From: an uncultured Candidatus Saccharibacteria bacterium
GTDB taxonomy: Bacteria > Patescibacteriota > Minisyncoccia > Phycocordibacterales > CAIRYW01
Reading direction: 5' to 3'
DNA length: 64,000 bases
NCBI GenBank assembly: GCA_964487135.1
Contig: CAZAOU010000001.1
Location: 8,542 to 72,541, forward strand
A program made the translations under genes and the position numbers. Below the pieces are notes generated by a model. That model had not been told where the DNA came from, did not search any database, and was given only the letters and a program-made list of their open reading frames with translations. Each line of letters opens with the position of its first letter. The first letter of the stretch is position 1. Below, piece after piece: positions 39,171 to 48,003 of the stretch.

Positions 39171-41498
39171 CTAAACAATCTCACAAACTCCGGCAACACA
39201 CGCAAGCTCCTTCTTTACTTCTGTTTCGTCCTGCTTCTCGTAAGTAATTATTTTTGAGTAATCAATTTTAGGGAATTTTTTGAGAAGTTCTTCATATCGC
39301 TCTTTAGTAATTGTTTCGTAGGGTGCAAGCTGGTATACATGGTTTGATCGAGGCAAAAATGAAAGTCCTCCAATAATATCCCAGTTTTCGTAAAGCCAGT
39401 GTGCCACTGCAATCCATTCATCATCACCTATAGAAATAGTTACTGAAGGATTGTGTTCTGTAAAATTATTTTTAACAACTTTCCAATGCTCTAACTGTTC
39501 TATTGCAGTAACATCATCCTTAAAAATTGCTCCTTCAGGTGACTTCATTGGAAACTCAACCACATATGTAGTCGCTGTTTCTTTTGCTTGACCAACTTCT
39601 GGATGATATGGAACACCTTGGTCTTTAAGCATTTTAAAGAGTGCGTCAGTTGCAGAAATTCTAATTCGCTGGATGTAGAAAGGCGCATGTCGTGGATGCA
39701 TTCCAGAACCTGTATCAAAAGTTTTTGAAACTGTTCCCGAAGGCTTAACACAAGTAATACACGTAGAAGCACTTATACCAAATCTTTTTGCAAATTCTTT
39801 GTTTACTTTAATTGCTTCGTCTTTAAGAGCTTTCAAAACTTCTGGCTTTCTTACAACTGGCGAATCCCACTGTCCTGTAAGAGATACTCCAAGAAGTCTT
39901 TCTTGCTCGCAGTGTTCTTTCCATTCTTTAGAAAGATAAGGAAACTGCGTAAGAGATGACTGATATGTTCCAAGGATTGTTGCGATTCTTGTTTTTTTGA
40001 GAAGAGTTTCTTTTGTATCATTTTCTCTACAAATTACTTCTGAAAGATTACAAAATTGTTTTGATTGCAAAATAATTTCTCCACAAGGATTTGTTCCTAT
40101 TGATCCAACAATGTTTGTTCCTGTTGAATCAAAATATCCTTCAGTCTTTAGGAGTTTAAGTCGTCGCTCAGGAAGAGTTTGTGCAAGAGATCCTCTGTTA
40201 AATATTCCTCTTTCTCCTGTTCCACTCTTCATAAGAGCAGTCCACTCATCCAAAAACTCTGTTGCTGATGGTTTTGAAAGATACACAGCTGAGTTGTTTG
40301 CAAGACTTCGGTGAGGATCTGTGAGGAAAAATTGTCCTTTTTTACAATCTCTAATCTCATTATCATCCAAATCGGATAGAGAAATCATCGCACTTCTTCT
40401 TACCCCTCCAGAAACAACACAGTCGCCAATCATACAAATAATGTCGTGAACATCTAGGTTTGAAAGTCTTCTACCCTGCTTTTTTAGCATTTTTTCTCTT
40501 GTAAAAGAAAGAAGTCTTCGCAAAGGATCAGGACCTGATGATTTTCCACCCATAGTGTTTAGCCTTGCCCCTGCTGGACGAAGAAGAGAGTAGTCAAACT
40601 CTACATCTTTTCCCTCAGCCCAAGTTTTTAGTCCAAGCGCCAAAGAATCAGCCCAACCCTCTTTACTATCTGGAATGACAAACGATGGGAGTTTGTGTCC
40701 GCTCTGAACTTTTATTTGTGGAAGTTTTTGAACATTCTGACTTTCAACAGACCATCCTACTCCTGTTCCACACATTGATAGATACATAATTTCTGCAATA
40801 TCTTGAAAACTTGCTGGAGCTGTAAAAGAACAGTTATATACACAAACATTTGTCGCTCTCGCTGCTTTGCCAGCAAATTGAAGAAGTCTCATTGACGGCA
40901 TTGATTTGTTTTCTAGAATATATTGTCGAATTTCTGCATACTCTGAATCTTTTAATTTCTTTCCGAGATTTTCTTTCATGAAATCAATGTATCGTCCAAC
41001 AGTTTCAATCCATGTTTCTCTTCTTCCTTCTTCTGCAATCCATTTTGAATATGTTCTGTAGTATACAAATTCACCAAGCTCTGTTCTAAAATATTTTTTA
41101 CTATCTGTTGCAAGTTTTTTTACTCGCTCAGGAACCTGAACTCCTTTCTCACGAAGCTTTGAACGCTTCTCTCTATACAAAATATAACCCTTGGCTGTCT
41201 TTACATACTCACTAAGAATGAGTTCCTTCTCAACTGTGTCCTGAAGACCCTCAACCGTAGGTATAAAATTCTTGTATTTCTTAGAAATCCTTACAACATC
41301 AGCAAAAACCTTGTTAGCAACCATCTCCGCTTCCTTTAAAGAGCCCTCACCGTTTGCAACCATAGATTTATAGATTGCATTAACGATTTTTTTTGTATCA
41401 AATGGCACAATTGTTCCGTCTCGTTTTTGAATTTTTGAAACAAAAACTTGTTCTTCAACCTTTTTTGACTCTTTCTTACTTTTTTTGGAAGGGCCCAT
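39171..41498 (-). CDS. nrdJ: Adenosylcobalamin-dependent (class II) ribonucleotide reductase with N-terminal ATP cone
   Basis: IQKRDGTIVPFD ATP cone; YNCSF, GGVRRSA, GTNPCGEI, FCNLSE, TCVKPSGTVS; C-terminal CVAGVC; no beta-subunit gene nearby. Confidence 0.9.
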   Translation of the reverse strand: MGPSKKSKKESKKVEEQVFVSKIQKRDGTIVPFDTKKIVNAIYKSMVANGEGSLKEAEMVANKVFADVVRISKKYKNFIPTVEGLQDTVEKELILSEYVKTAKGYILYREKRSKLREKGVQVPERVKKLATDSKKYFRTELGEFVYYRTYSKWIAEEGRRETWIETVGRYIDFMKENLGKKLKDSEYAEIRQYILENKSMPSMRLLQFAGKAARATNVCVYNCSFTAPASFQDIAEIMYLSMCGTGVGWSVESQNVQKLPQIKVQSGHKLPSFVIPDSKEGWADSLALGLKTWAEGKDVEFDYSLLRPAGARLNTMGGKSSGPDPLRRLLSFTREKMLKKQGRRLSNLDVHDIICMIGDCVVSGGVRRSAMISLSDLDDNEIRDCKKGQFFLTDPHRSLANNSAVYLSKPSATEFLDEWTALMKSGTGERGIFNRGSLAQTLPERRLKLLKTEGYFDSTGTNIVGSIGTNPCGEIILQSKQFCNLSEVICRENDTKETLLKKTRIATILGTYQSSLTQFPYLSKEWKEHCEQERLLGVSLTGQWDSPVVRKPEVLKALKDEAIKVNKEFAKRFGISASTCITCVKPSGTVSKTFDTGSGMHPRHAPFYIQRIRISATDALFKMLKDQGVPYHPEVGQAKETATTYVVEFPMKSPEGAIFKDDVTAIEQLEHWKVVKNNFTEHNPSVTISIGDDEWIAVAHWLYENWDIIGGLSFLPRSNHVYQLAPYETITKERYEELLKKFPKIDYSKIITYEKQDETEVKKELACVAGVCEIV

Positions 41499-41689
41499 AA
41501 TGTTCTTCAGATTTATTTATTAATAATTAAATTTACAGATAGTATTTTACCTTATTTTTTTATCAAAAACACAGTGGATAAAAGTTTTTTACTCATCCCA
41601 AAACATTTTTATTGCTGTGTGAATATCACTAGCCAAAAACATAACAATAGGGCTATTAAATGGGGTAGGATTTTATAAATTCAATCGGG

Positions 41690-41762
41690 TGGACCTGATC
41701 GGACTTGAACCGACGACCTCTGCTATGCCATAGCAGCGCTCTACCAGCTAAGCTACAGGCCC
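41690..41762 (-). tRNA. tRNA-Ala (GGC)
   Basis: GGGCCTGTAGCTTAGCTGGTAGAGCG-CTGCT-ATGGCAT-AGCAG-AGGTCGTCGGTTCAAGTCCGATCAGGTCCA; G3:U70; CCA not encoded. Confidence 0.95.
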
Positions 41763-41767
41763 AAAAA

Positions 41768-43111
41768 TTAATTCATAAATTTTGGATCAAAAATTGATGG
41801 TGGAAATTTTTCTCCAGCAATAATTTTAGAAACTTTCCAACCTCCAAAAATAGAAGTTAAAATTCCAACACCATTACAACCCAAATTATACAAAAGTCTT
41901 TTGTTTCTAGGTTCATTACCAATTAAACGCATCATATTTGAGGTATAACCCATGAGCCCATGCCAGTTAAAACCCTGTTCAAAGTCTTTTTCTGGATCGA
42001 GTTTATAAGTTTTTCGAAGAAACTCACTGACTTTTTCTTTTGCATCTTCTGGATATTCATAATCTCTATCGTATTCTTTCCTATCATCTAAATCTATCTC
42101 CGGACCACCAATAGAAACCATATCCACTTTTGAGTTTTTATCGAAGTCGTATTTTCTACGAGTAATATAAAAATATGGATCTTCAGAAAAATATCCTCCC
42201 GAAAATGGCTCGGCAACTTTTTTCTGAATATAAGAAGACATATATCCCACTGTTCCTTTTACATACCTATGAAACTTTGTGTCTATATCTAAATTATTTC
42301 TATAGATGATGTCAAAATTTTCAAAACCATTAGTCGCAAGAACAACATCATCACAAACAATTTCATGAGTCTCAGCATCCAAGAGAACCTGATCTTCTTT
42401 TAAGATTATTTTTTTTATAAAAGTATTTTCATAAAAATGAAACCGATCTGAATACTTCTGCTCCAAATATTCAACAATATTTTCACAAAACAGTGCAGAA
42501 TTTATTGTTCCGCTCCTTAATTGATCACAAGCAATATATTGATCGTCCTTACTTTCAATAATTTCTAAAATTTCTTTATGTGGTTTAAGTTCATAAAAAC
42601 CCTCATATTGTTTTATGGCATCCAAAAAAGGTAAGTGATCTGCGATTAAAAGATTCTCACAATGAATTCCTCCCTCCCTCATTAATCTTTTTTCTTCAAG
42701 CAACTCAATTATCTGTTCTTTTGAAATATAGCCCCAATTCCCCATTAACCTATTAAAAGGGATGGATAATCCAGCAGAGTTATACATATGATCAATTAGT
42801 TCCCATCCATACTCAGTGTTTTTTTGAGCTTCCAGAGTAAGTTTTAACCCATATTCCTTTACCAAATCCAAAAAAGGTCTTTCAAAATAAGCTTCAACAT
42901 GCCCTGCATTGTGCCCCGTTGCTCCATGAGCCAGTTTATACTTATCTACTATAATTATTTTTTTGTTTGTTTCTTGAAGCAAGAAAAATGCCGTGGAAAC
43001 CCCAGCAATTCCTGCACCCACAACAACAACATCGGTCTTTTCGTCGCGTTCGAGTTGATAACTTTTCCGTGTATTTTTTAATTCAAAAATCCAAGGTGAT
43101 CTATTTTTCAT
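41768..43111 (-). CDS. FAD-dependent oxidoreductase (DAO/PuuB-like)
   Basis: VVVGAGIAG, GATGHNAG, VLATNG, WHGLMGYT, GCNGVG. Confidence 0.85.
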   Translation of the reverse strand: MKNRSPWIFELKNTRKSYQLERDEKTDVVVVGAGIAGVSTAFFLLQETNKKIIIVDKYKLAHGATGHNAGHVEAYFERPFLDLVKEYGLKLTLEAQKNTEYGWELIDHMYNSAGLSIPFNRLMGNWGYISKEQIIELLEEKRLMREGGIHCENLLIADHLPFLDAIKQYEGFYELKPHKEILEIIESKDDQYIACDQLRSGTINSALFCENIVEYLEQKYSDRFHFYENTFIKKIILKEDQVLLDAETHEIVCDDVVLATNGFENFDIIYRNNLDIDTKFHRYVKGTVGYMSSYIQKKVAEPFSGGYFSEDPYFYITRRKYDFDKNSKVDMVSIGGPEIDLDDRKEYDRDYEYPEDAKEKVSEFLRKTYKLDPEKDFEQGFNWHGLMGYTSNMMRLIGNEPRNKRLLYNLGCNGVGILTSIFGGWKVSKIIAGEKFPPSIFDPKFMN

Positions 43112-43228
43112 CGCATAAAATTATAACACGAAAAACTAAAAATTTATTTCAAAAATCTTAAATTCACCCTCTTTTAAAAATAGTGGGGGCAAATCACCAC
43201 CTACTAATTAAATATATCTTTTTATTTA

Positions 43229-43301
43229 TGGACCCTAGCGGATTCGAACCGCTGACCTCCTCAGTGCAAATGAGGCGCTCTACCAACTAAGCTAAGGGCC
43301 C
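43229..43301 (-). tRNA. tRNA-Ala (UGC)
   Basis: GGGCCCTTAGCTTAGTTGGTAGAGCG-CCTCA-TTTGCAC-TGAGG-AGGTCAGCGGTTCGAATCCGCTAGGGTCCA; G3:U70. Confidence 0.95.
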
Positions 43302-43387
43302 GTGTATTTACTTAACTAAAAATTCTGTTGTAACTCAACAGGCCTATATTCTACACAAAAAAGACGTTTGGGCAAATTAAAACTATT

Positions 43388-44575
43388 CTAATTCATAGCC
43401 TTTAAATACAATATACTTGCCTTCAAATCAGACACTAAGGCACTCAAATCCTTTATCTTTTTAATCTGAATTGGCGTTAAACCCTCTCTTTCCAATTCTT
43501 CGTCTTTAATAATTCCAGAAGCCAATTCTTCATAAAAAGAAATGTCGTCTGTAGACAACCCCTGAACAATATCTCTAACATCGGCAAAACTTCTTAGATG
43601 CACAAGATAGTATCTTATTTCGTAAGCTATCACTTTTTTCATACTAAATTCTGGAGTATTTTTAGTAGTGTCATCAAATCTTTTTGTTCTGTAACCATTT
43701 ATAAAAGAATTTATAAGATAAACTTCTTGATTTTCCATACCCAAACTTCTAACCCAAAACCGGAGACTTGCCAGCACCCTACCAACATCAGCCATAGGAT
43801 CCCCAATCCTCATTACATCATAATCAACAATGGTTATAAGAGAATTATCTGGTGAAACAAAAAACTGATCGAGATGAGCGTCTGCGTGAATAATAGAAGC
43901 AAAATTAGGTCTAGCAATATTTAAAATATCCTCACTCACTCTATTAATTTCTTCCTTTGAAAGAATTTGTTTTATAAGACTTGAAGCTGGTTCACTCTCT
44001 AAACCTTCTTTTATTCTTTTAATATCATAGAGTAATAAATTTTTGTCATCATCAATATCTGGTAATTCTTCTACAGGAGACTCTGATGCTTCATGTATTT
44101 CTCCGAGTAATTCTCCAAGCATTGCCAAAACTTTCTTAGCTTCTTCTATTTTGGATGGATCTTCAGATGCATTTTTTAGAAAATAACTAATTGGCTCACC
44201 CTCTACTTTTTCTGCTAGCAACACCGGGTGATCATCGTGATGTGAAAGCCAAGCAAGTTCTTTTGGAATATAAGAACTTTCTGCCCTATCAATCCTAGAT
44301 ATTAATCCTCTAGCTTTTTTATTTCTCTGCGCTAGTTTTGGGTCCACAAATCCCTTTGCAACAAAACTTCTACTCTCTGCAGGATGAATCATAACAACAG
44401 GGTTTATAAATCCCCCACCAAGTTTATTCATACCGTTCAAAACAACACCCTCATTTTGAGCCCAGTGAGTAACACTTTCTACCACCTTTCTACAAAAATC
44501 GATAACCTCTTCTCTTTGATGTTCTGGATGACTTTCCGCTATCTGATCAAGAAAGTGTTGATCTTGTTTAGACAT
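43388..44575 (-). CDS. Aminoglycoside phosphotransferase/choline kinase-like protein
   Basis: GGGFINPV, VAK, IIHADAHLDQF, IVDYD, GDPMADVG. Confidence 0.75.
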   Translation of the reverse strand: MSKQDQHFLDQIAESHPEHQREEVIDFCRKVVESVTHWAQNEGVVLNGMNKLGGGFINPVVMIHPAESRSFVAKGFVDPKLAQRNKKARGLISRIDRAESSYIPKELAWLSHHDDHPVLLAEKVEGEPISYFLKNASEDPSKIEEAKKVLAMLGELLGEIHEASESPVEELPDIDDDKNLLLYDIKRIKEGLESEPASSLIKQILSKEEINRVSEDILNIARPNFASIIHADAHLDQFFVSPDNSLITIVDYDVMRIGDPMADVGRVLASLRFWVRSLGMENQEVYLINSFINGYRTKRFDDTTKNTPEFSMKKVIAYEIRYYLVHLRSFADVRDIVQGLSTDDISFYEELASGIIKDEELEREGLTPIQIKKIKDLSALVSDLKASILYLKAMN

Positions 44576-44577
44576 TT

Positions 44578-45549
44578 TTATTTTTTATTTTCTAAAGCCA
44601 ATTCAACCAAATGTTTCAAAAGCTCTTTAAATGAAGAACCTACAGCTGAAACAGACTTTGGAATAAGAGACTGGTCGGTAAGACCAGGCAAAGTATTTAT
44701 TTCTAATATATAAATTCCCCTCTTTGGATGAATAATAAAGTCAGAACGAGAATAATGTTTAGCACCGATTGCTTTGTGAGCAATTATTGCCATTTTCTGC
44801 AAAGCTTCACTTTCCTCTTTAGTAAAATTTCCAGGACACAATTCTTGTGTTTCTCCATTATATTTAACATCGAGAGAGAAAAATCCTGCGCTTGGAGGAG
44901 GAATTATTTCAATTGGAAGTAAGGGGTAGATTTTCTGTCCTCTAAAGTTTTCTAACACACCAGCCGTAGCCTCTTTTCCTTTTATATATTCTTCAATTAT
45001 CACTTCTTCAGTCTGCTCAAAAGCCTTATCAAGTGATTCTTTTAACTCTACAAGAGTTTTAGCTATGAAGGTAGCAACCGATGAGCCTCCGATAGTTGGC
45101 TTTATTACTGCAGGCATCGGAAAAGTATGAAATATATGTCGTGCAACCTCTTCATTGTAATCCTCTTTTTTTAGGACAATTGCGTAAGGAGTTTTTAATC
45201 CATGCTGAATGAAGAGTTTTTTTGCCAATGGTTTGCTCATCCCCAAAGCAGACGCCAAGGAACCTGAGCCAGTAAAAGGAATTTTAAAAGTTTCTAAAAT
45301 TTTCTGAACTTTTCCATCCTCTCCAAACTCACCATGAAGAGCATTAAAAACAACATCTACTTTTGAGTGAAGATCTTTTGGATCAAAAGGGATTCCGTGC
45401 ATGTGCCAAACACCCTCTCTGTCTATATAAATATCAATAGCGTTATATTCTTCGGGCAAATGCTTTAAAACACTTCCACCTGTTTTAATGGAAACCTCGT
45501 GTTCCGATGAAGGACCCCCTCTTAATACTCCTACACGCTTTTTGTGCAT
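44578..45549 (-). CDS. ddl: D-alanine--D-alanine ligase
   Basis: GGPSSEHEVS, ALHGEFGEDG, IKP--GGSS, RSDF, LEINTLPGLT. Confidence 0.95.
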   Translation of the reverse strand: MHKKRVGVLRGGPSSEHEVSIKTGGSVLKHLPEEYNAIDIYIDREGVWHMHGIPFDPKDLHSKVDVVFNALHGEFGEDGKVQKILETFKIPFTGSGSLASALGMSKPLAKKLFIQHGLKTPYAIVLKKEDYNEEVARHIFHTFPMPAVIKPTIGGSSVATFIAKTLVELKESLDKAFEQTEEVIIEEYIKGKEATAGVLENFRGQKIYPLLPIEIIPPPSAGFFSLDVKYNGETQELCPGNFTKEESEALQKMAIIAHKAIGAKHYSRSDFIIHPKRGIYILEINTLPGLTDQSLIPKSVSAVGSSFKELLKHLVELALENKK

Positions 45550-45567
45550 GAAAAAATAATATCACAA

Positions 45568-46455
45568 TTATGTCTTATTTTCTGTGGGTAAAGGTCTTGT
45601 GAGGAGATACAAACCAATTATCATGAAAGGGACAGAAAGTAATTGCATCAGAGTCAGTTTTTCTTTCAAATATAAAAAAGAAAAAAATATTGCTATTAAA
45701 AGTGAAAGTATGTTTATTGCGTTCGCCTTAGCGACTCCAATCCTATAAATTCCTTCAAGCCAAAGAATCTTTGAAAGCCCAAAAGCAACCGCGCCGTTTA
45801 AAAACAAAAACATCCATTCTCTTAGAGAAAAATAAAAAGAACCTATGCCGCTAATATATAAAGCAACAGAAAGACAGCACACACTTGCGACAAAAGATCT
45901 GACCAAAAGCACTGCTTCTGCTGAAGCAACACCCCTCGCCCTTCTTTGAAAAAAATTACCGAGAGGAGCCAAACAAATAGCGACCAATATAGATATGTCT
46001 CCTATTCTAATACCGGTAAAATTGGGCGAGAGAATAAAAAACCCACCAGCAAGCATGAGAAAAATTCCGTAGACATATTTTTTGCTTATATATTCTTTAT
46101 TGATCAGATTAAAGAAAATCAGACTTGTTACAACCTCAAGCTGGCCAATAATAGCTGCGCTACTTGCGCTAGTTTGCTGAATTCCATAAAACATAAAAAA
46201 ATAATAACCAAAACCAATAAAAATTCCTGAGAGTGTTGCATCTTTCAATACTTGTGGATTAAAAATTTCTTTAGATTTGCCTCTATATAAAAGCAAAAAA
46301 ATAAAAAGTGGCAAAGTAAAAATAGTTGTCATCGCTAAAGATACAAACAAAGGAATACTCTCTGTCGTGACCTTTGTAAAAATAGGAAAAGAACCCCACA
46401 AAAAAGCTTGAACCAAAATAAGAAGCTCACCTTTTCTTTCGTTTTTCATAAACAT
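45568..46455 (-). CDS. DMT/EamA family transporter
   Basis: About 10 TM segments, two EamA halves, LKEKLT. Confidence 0.85.
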   Translation of the reverse strand: MFMKNERKGELLILVQAFLWGSFPIFTKVTTESIPLFVSLAMTTIFTLPLFIFLLLYRGKSKEIFNPQVLKDATLSGIFIGFGYYFFMFYGIQQTSASSAAIIGQLEVVTSLIFFNLINKEYISKKYVYGIFLMLAGGFFILSPNFTGIRIGDISILVAICLAPLGNFFQRRARGVASAEAVLLVRSFVASVCCLSVALYISGIGSFYFSLREWMFLFLNGAVAFGLSKILWLEGIYRIGVAKANAINILSLLIAIFFSFLYLKEKLTLMQLLSVPFMIIGLYLLTRPLPTENKT

Positions 46456-46456
46456 A

Positions 46457-47698
46457 TTATACCAAGAAATTCCTTCTTCTTTTTTTCTTATGAAAACCTA
46501 TAGCAAACCTATGGGATTCAGAGTTTGCAAGCAAAATTTCTTTTTTATATTTTTTGGCGAAAATTTGCTCACCTAAAATATCTTTTGGCTTGTGCTGTTC
46601 ATCTTTAACAACAGAAACTACTGGAATTTCTATATTATTTTGAACTAAAACTTCTTTGATGGCGTTAAGCTGGGCAATTCCACCGTCTACAACAATAAGA
46701 TTCGGCATTGGCCATTCTGTATGCTTTAAACGGCGCTCTAAAATATGAGAGAGTGATTTTGTGTCGTCGGGATTTTTGGAATTTATATTAAATTTTCTGT
46801 AAGAAGATTTATCGGCTACCCCATCCAAAACAACAGTCATTACACCTACCATTGAAGAACCCTGTAAATGTGCAATGTCATATGCCTCTATTCGAGGTAA
46901 AGTGGTTAGTGAATGGTGTATAGTGGATAGTTGATCGGATTTAATAAGAGAAACATCGTTAATGTGCTGGAGGGCGAAAATTTTGTCACGCAAAATTTTC
47001 GCCGGCTCAAACTTTTCTTCCTTTGCCAACTTTTTCATCTCTTTCTCGAGATCTTTCACAACATCACCAACTTTTCCAGAAAGAAGTTTTTCAATTCTTT
47101 TTACCCTAACCGCATAACATTTTTTATCGAGTAGTCCAATACAAGTTCCCGGGCAAAGACCAATAGAATAATTAAAACAGGGTCTCTTTGAGTTTAATTT
47201 ACATTTTTCGTCTCTGTAAGGAAAAATTTTACGGATAATTTTGAGAGCCTCTTTTAATTGTGAACCGTTAGCAAAAGGGCCAAAGATAGTGGACAGTTTG
47301 TAGTAGTTAGTGGTTAGTGAAGAAAAATCAATATTCTTTTTTCGGATAATTATTAACTGCGGAAAATCTTCTTTTGTAAAAGCGACACAATTAAAACTTT
47401 TATCGTCTTTTTCTTTAGTGTTATACGTTGGTTTAAATTTGCGAATTAAATCTGCTTCAAGCAAAAGTGCCTCTAAAACAGACTGTGTTTCTTTAAATTC
47501 AATCGTTTTTGCTTCCTCAACCATTTTTTTGATAAGAGGACTTCTCACAAAATCAATGTCTTTAGCAAAATAGCTCTTTACCCTGTCTTTTAGGGATGTT
47601 GCTTTACCTATATAAATAGGCTTTTTTTGCTTATTTAGAAAAAAGTATACTCCCGAGGAATCTGGCAGTTTTTTTCTATTTATCTGGATTTTTTCCAT
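46457..47698 (-). CDS. uvrC: Excinuclease ABC subunit C (lacks C-terminal HhH)
   Basis: GVYFF..IYIGKA-SL--RV-SYF GIY-YIG domain; RIEAYDIAH, LIVVDGG--QL, ESHRFAI. Confidence 0.92.
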   Translation of the reverse strand: MEKIQINRKKLPDSSGVYFFLNKQKKPIYIGKATSLKDRVKSYFAKDIDFVRSPLIKKMVEEAKTIEFKETQSVLEALLLEADLIRKFKPTYNTKEKDDKSFNCVAFTKEDFPQLIIIRKKNIDFSSLTTNYYKLSTIFGPFANGSQLKEALKIIRKIFPYRDEKCKLNSKRPCFNYSIGLCPGTCIGLLDKKCYAVRVKRIEKLLSGKVGDVVKDLEKEMKKLAKEEKFEPAKILRDKIFALQHINDVSLIKSDQLSTIHHSLTTLPRIEAYDIAHLQGSSMVGVMTVVLDGVADKSSYRKFNINSKNPDDTKSLSHILERRLKHTEWPMPNLIVVDGGIAQLNAIKEVLVQNNIEIPVVSVVKDEQHKPKDILGEQIFAKKYKKEILLANSESHRFAIGFHKKKRRRNFLV

Positions 47699-47722
47699 AT
47701 TGTGTGTTATAATAGCACCCTA

Positions 47723-47989
47723 ATGTCCTTTCCGCCAAATAACCGTCTCATCGTGATTGAATGCCCGAAACAAAAAGCTGCGCTGGACTCACAAATTGTG
47801 AGAGATCTAGCTGATCGTAAGTGGGAACGCTCGGCTCCGAGAGCTCTCATATTGCTAGCAGAGTCAGTTGGAATCACTATTCCAACCCCAACAAGACTTT
47901 CTGCTTTGGACACTCATTCAAGAGCAGAAATTCGCGAATTTCGCCATCAAATTCGAAAACTGGCCCAAGCCCACCTCAGGACTTCCTGA
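47723..47989 (+). CDS. Hypothetical protein (GC-richer orphan)
   Basis: 88-aa ORF between uvrC and uvrA, preceded by TGTTATAAT. Confidence 0.5.
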   Translation: MSFPPNNRLIVIECPKQKAALDSQIVRDLADRKWERSAPRALILLAESVGITIPTPTRLSALDTHSRAEIREFRHQIRKLAQAHLRTS

Positions 47990-48003
47990 CGGTGTGGCTA
48001 TTT

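Noticed and set aside
41690-43301. Two tRNA-Ala genes as att duplications of an integrated element
   Set aside because: They are complete isoacceptors (GGC and UGC) with different 3' halves, and no integrase lies between them
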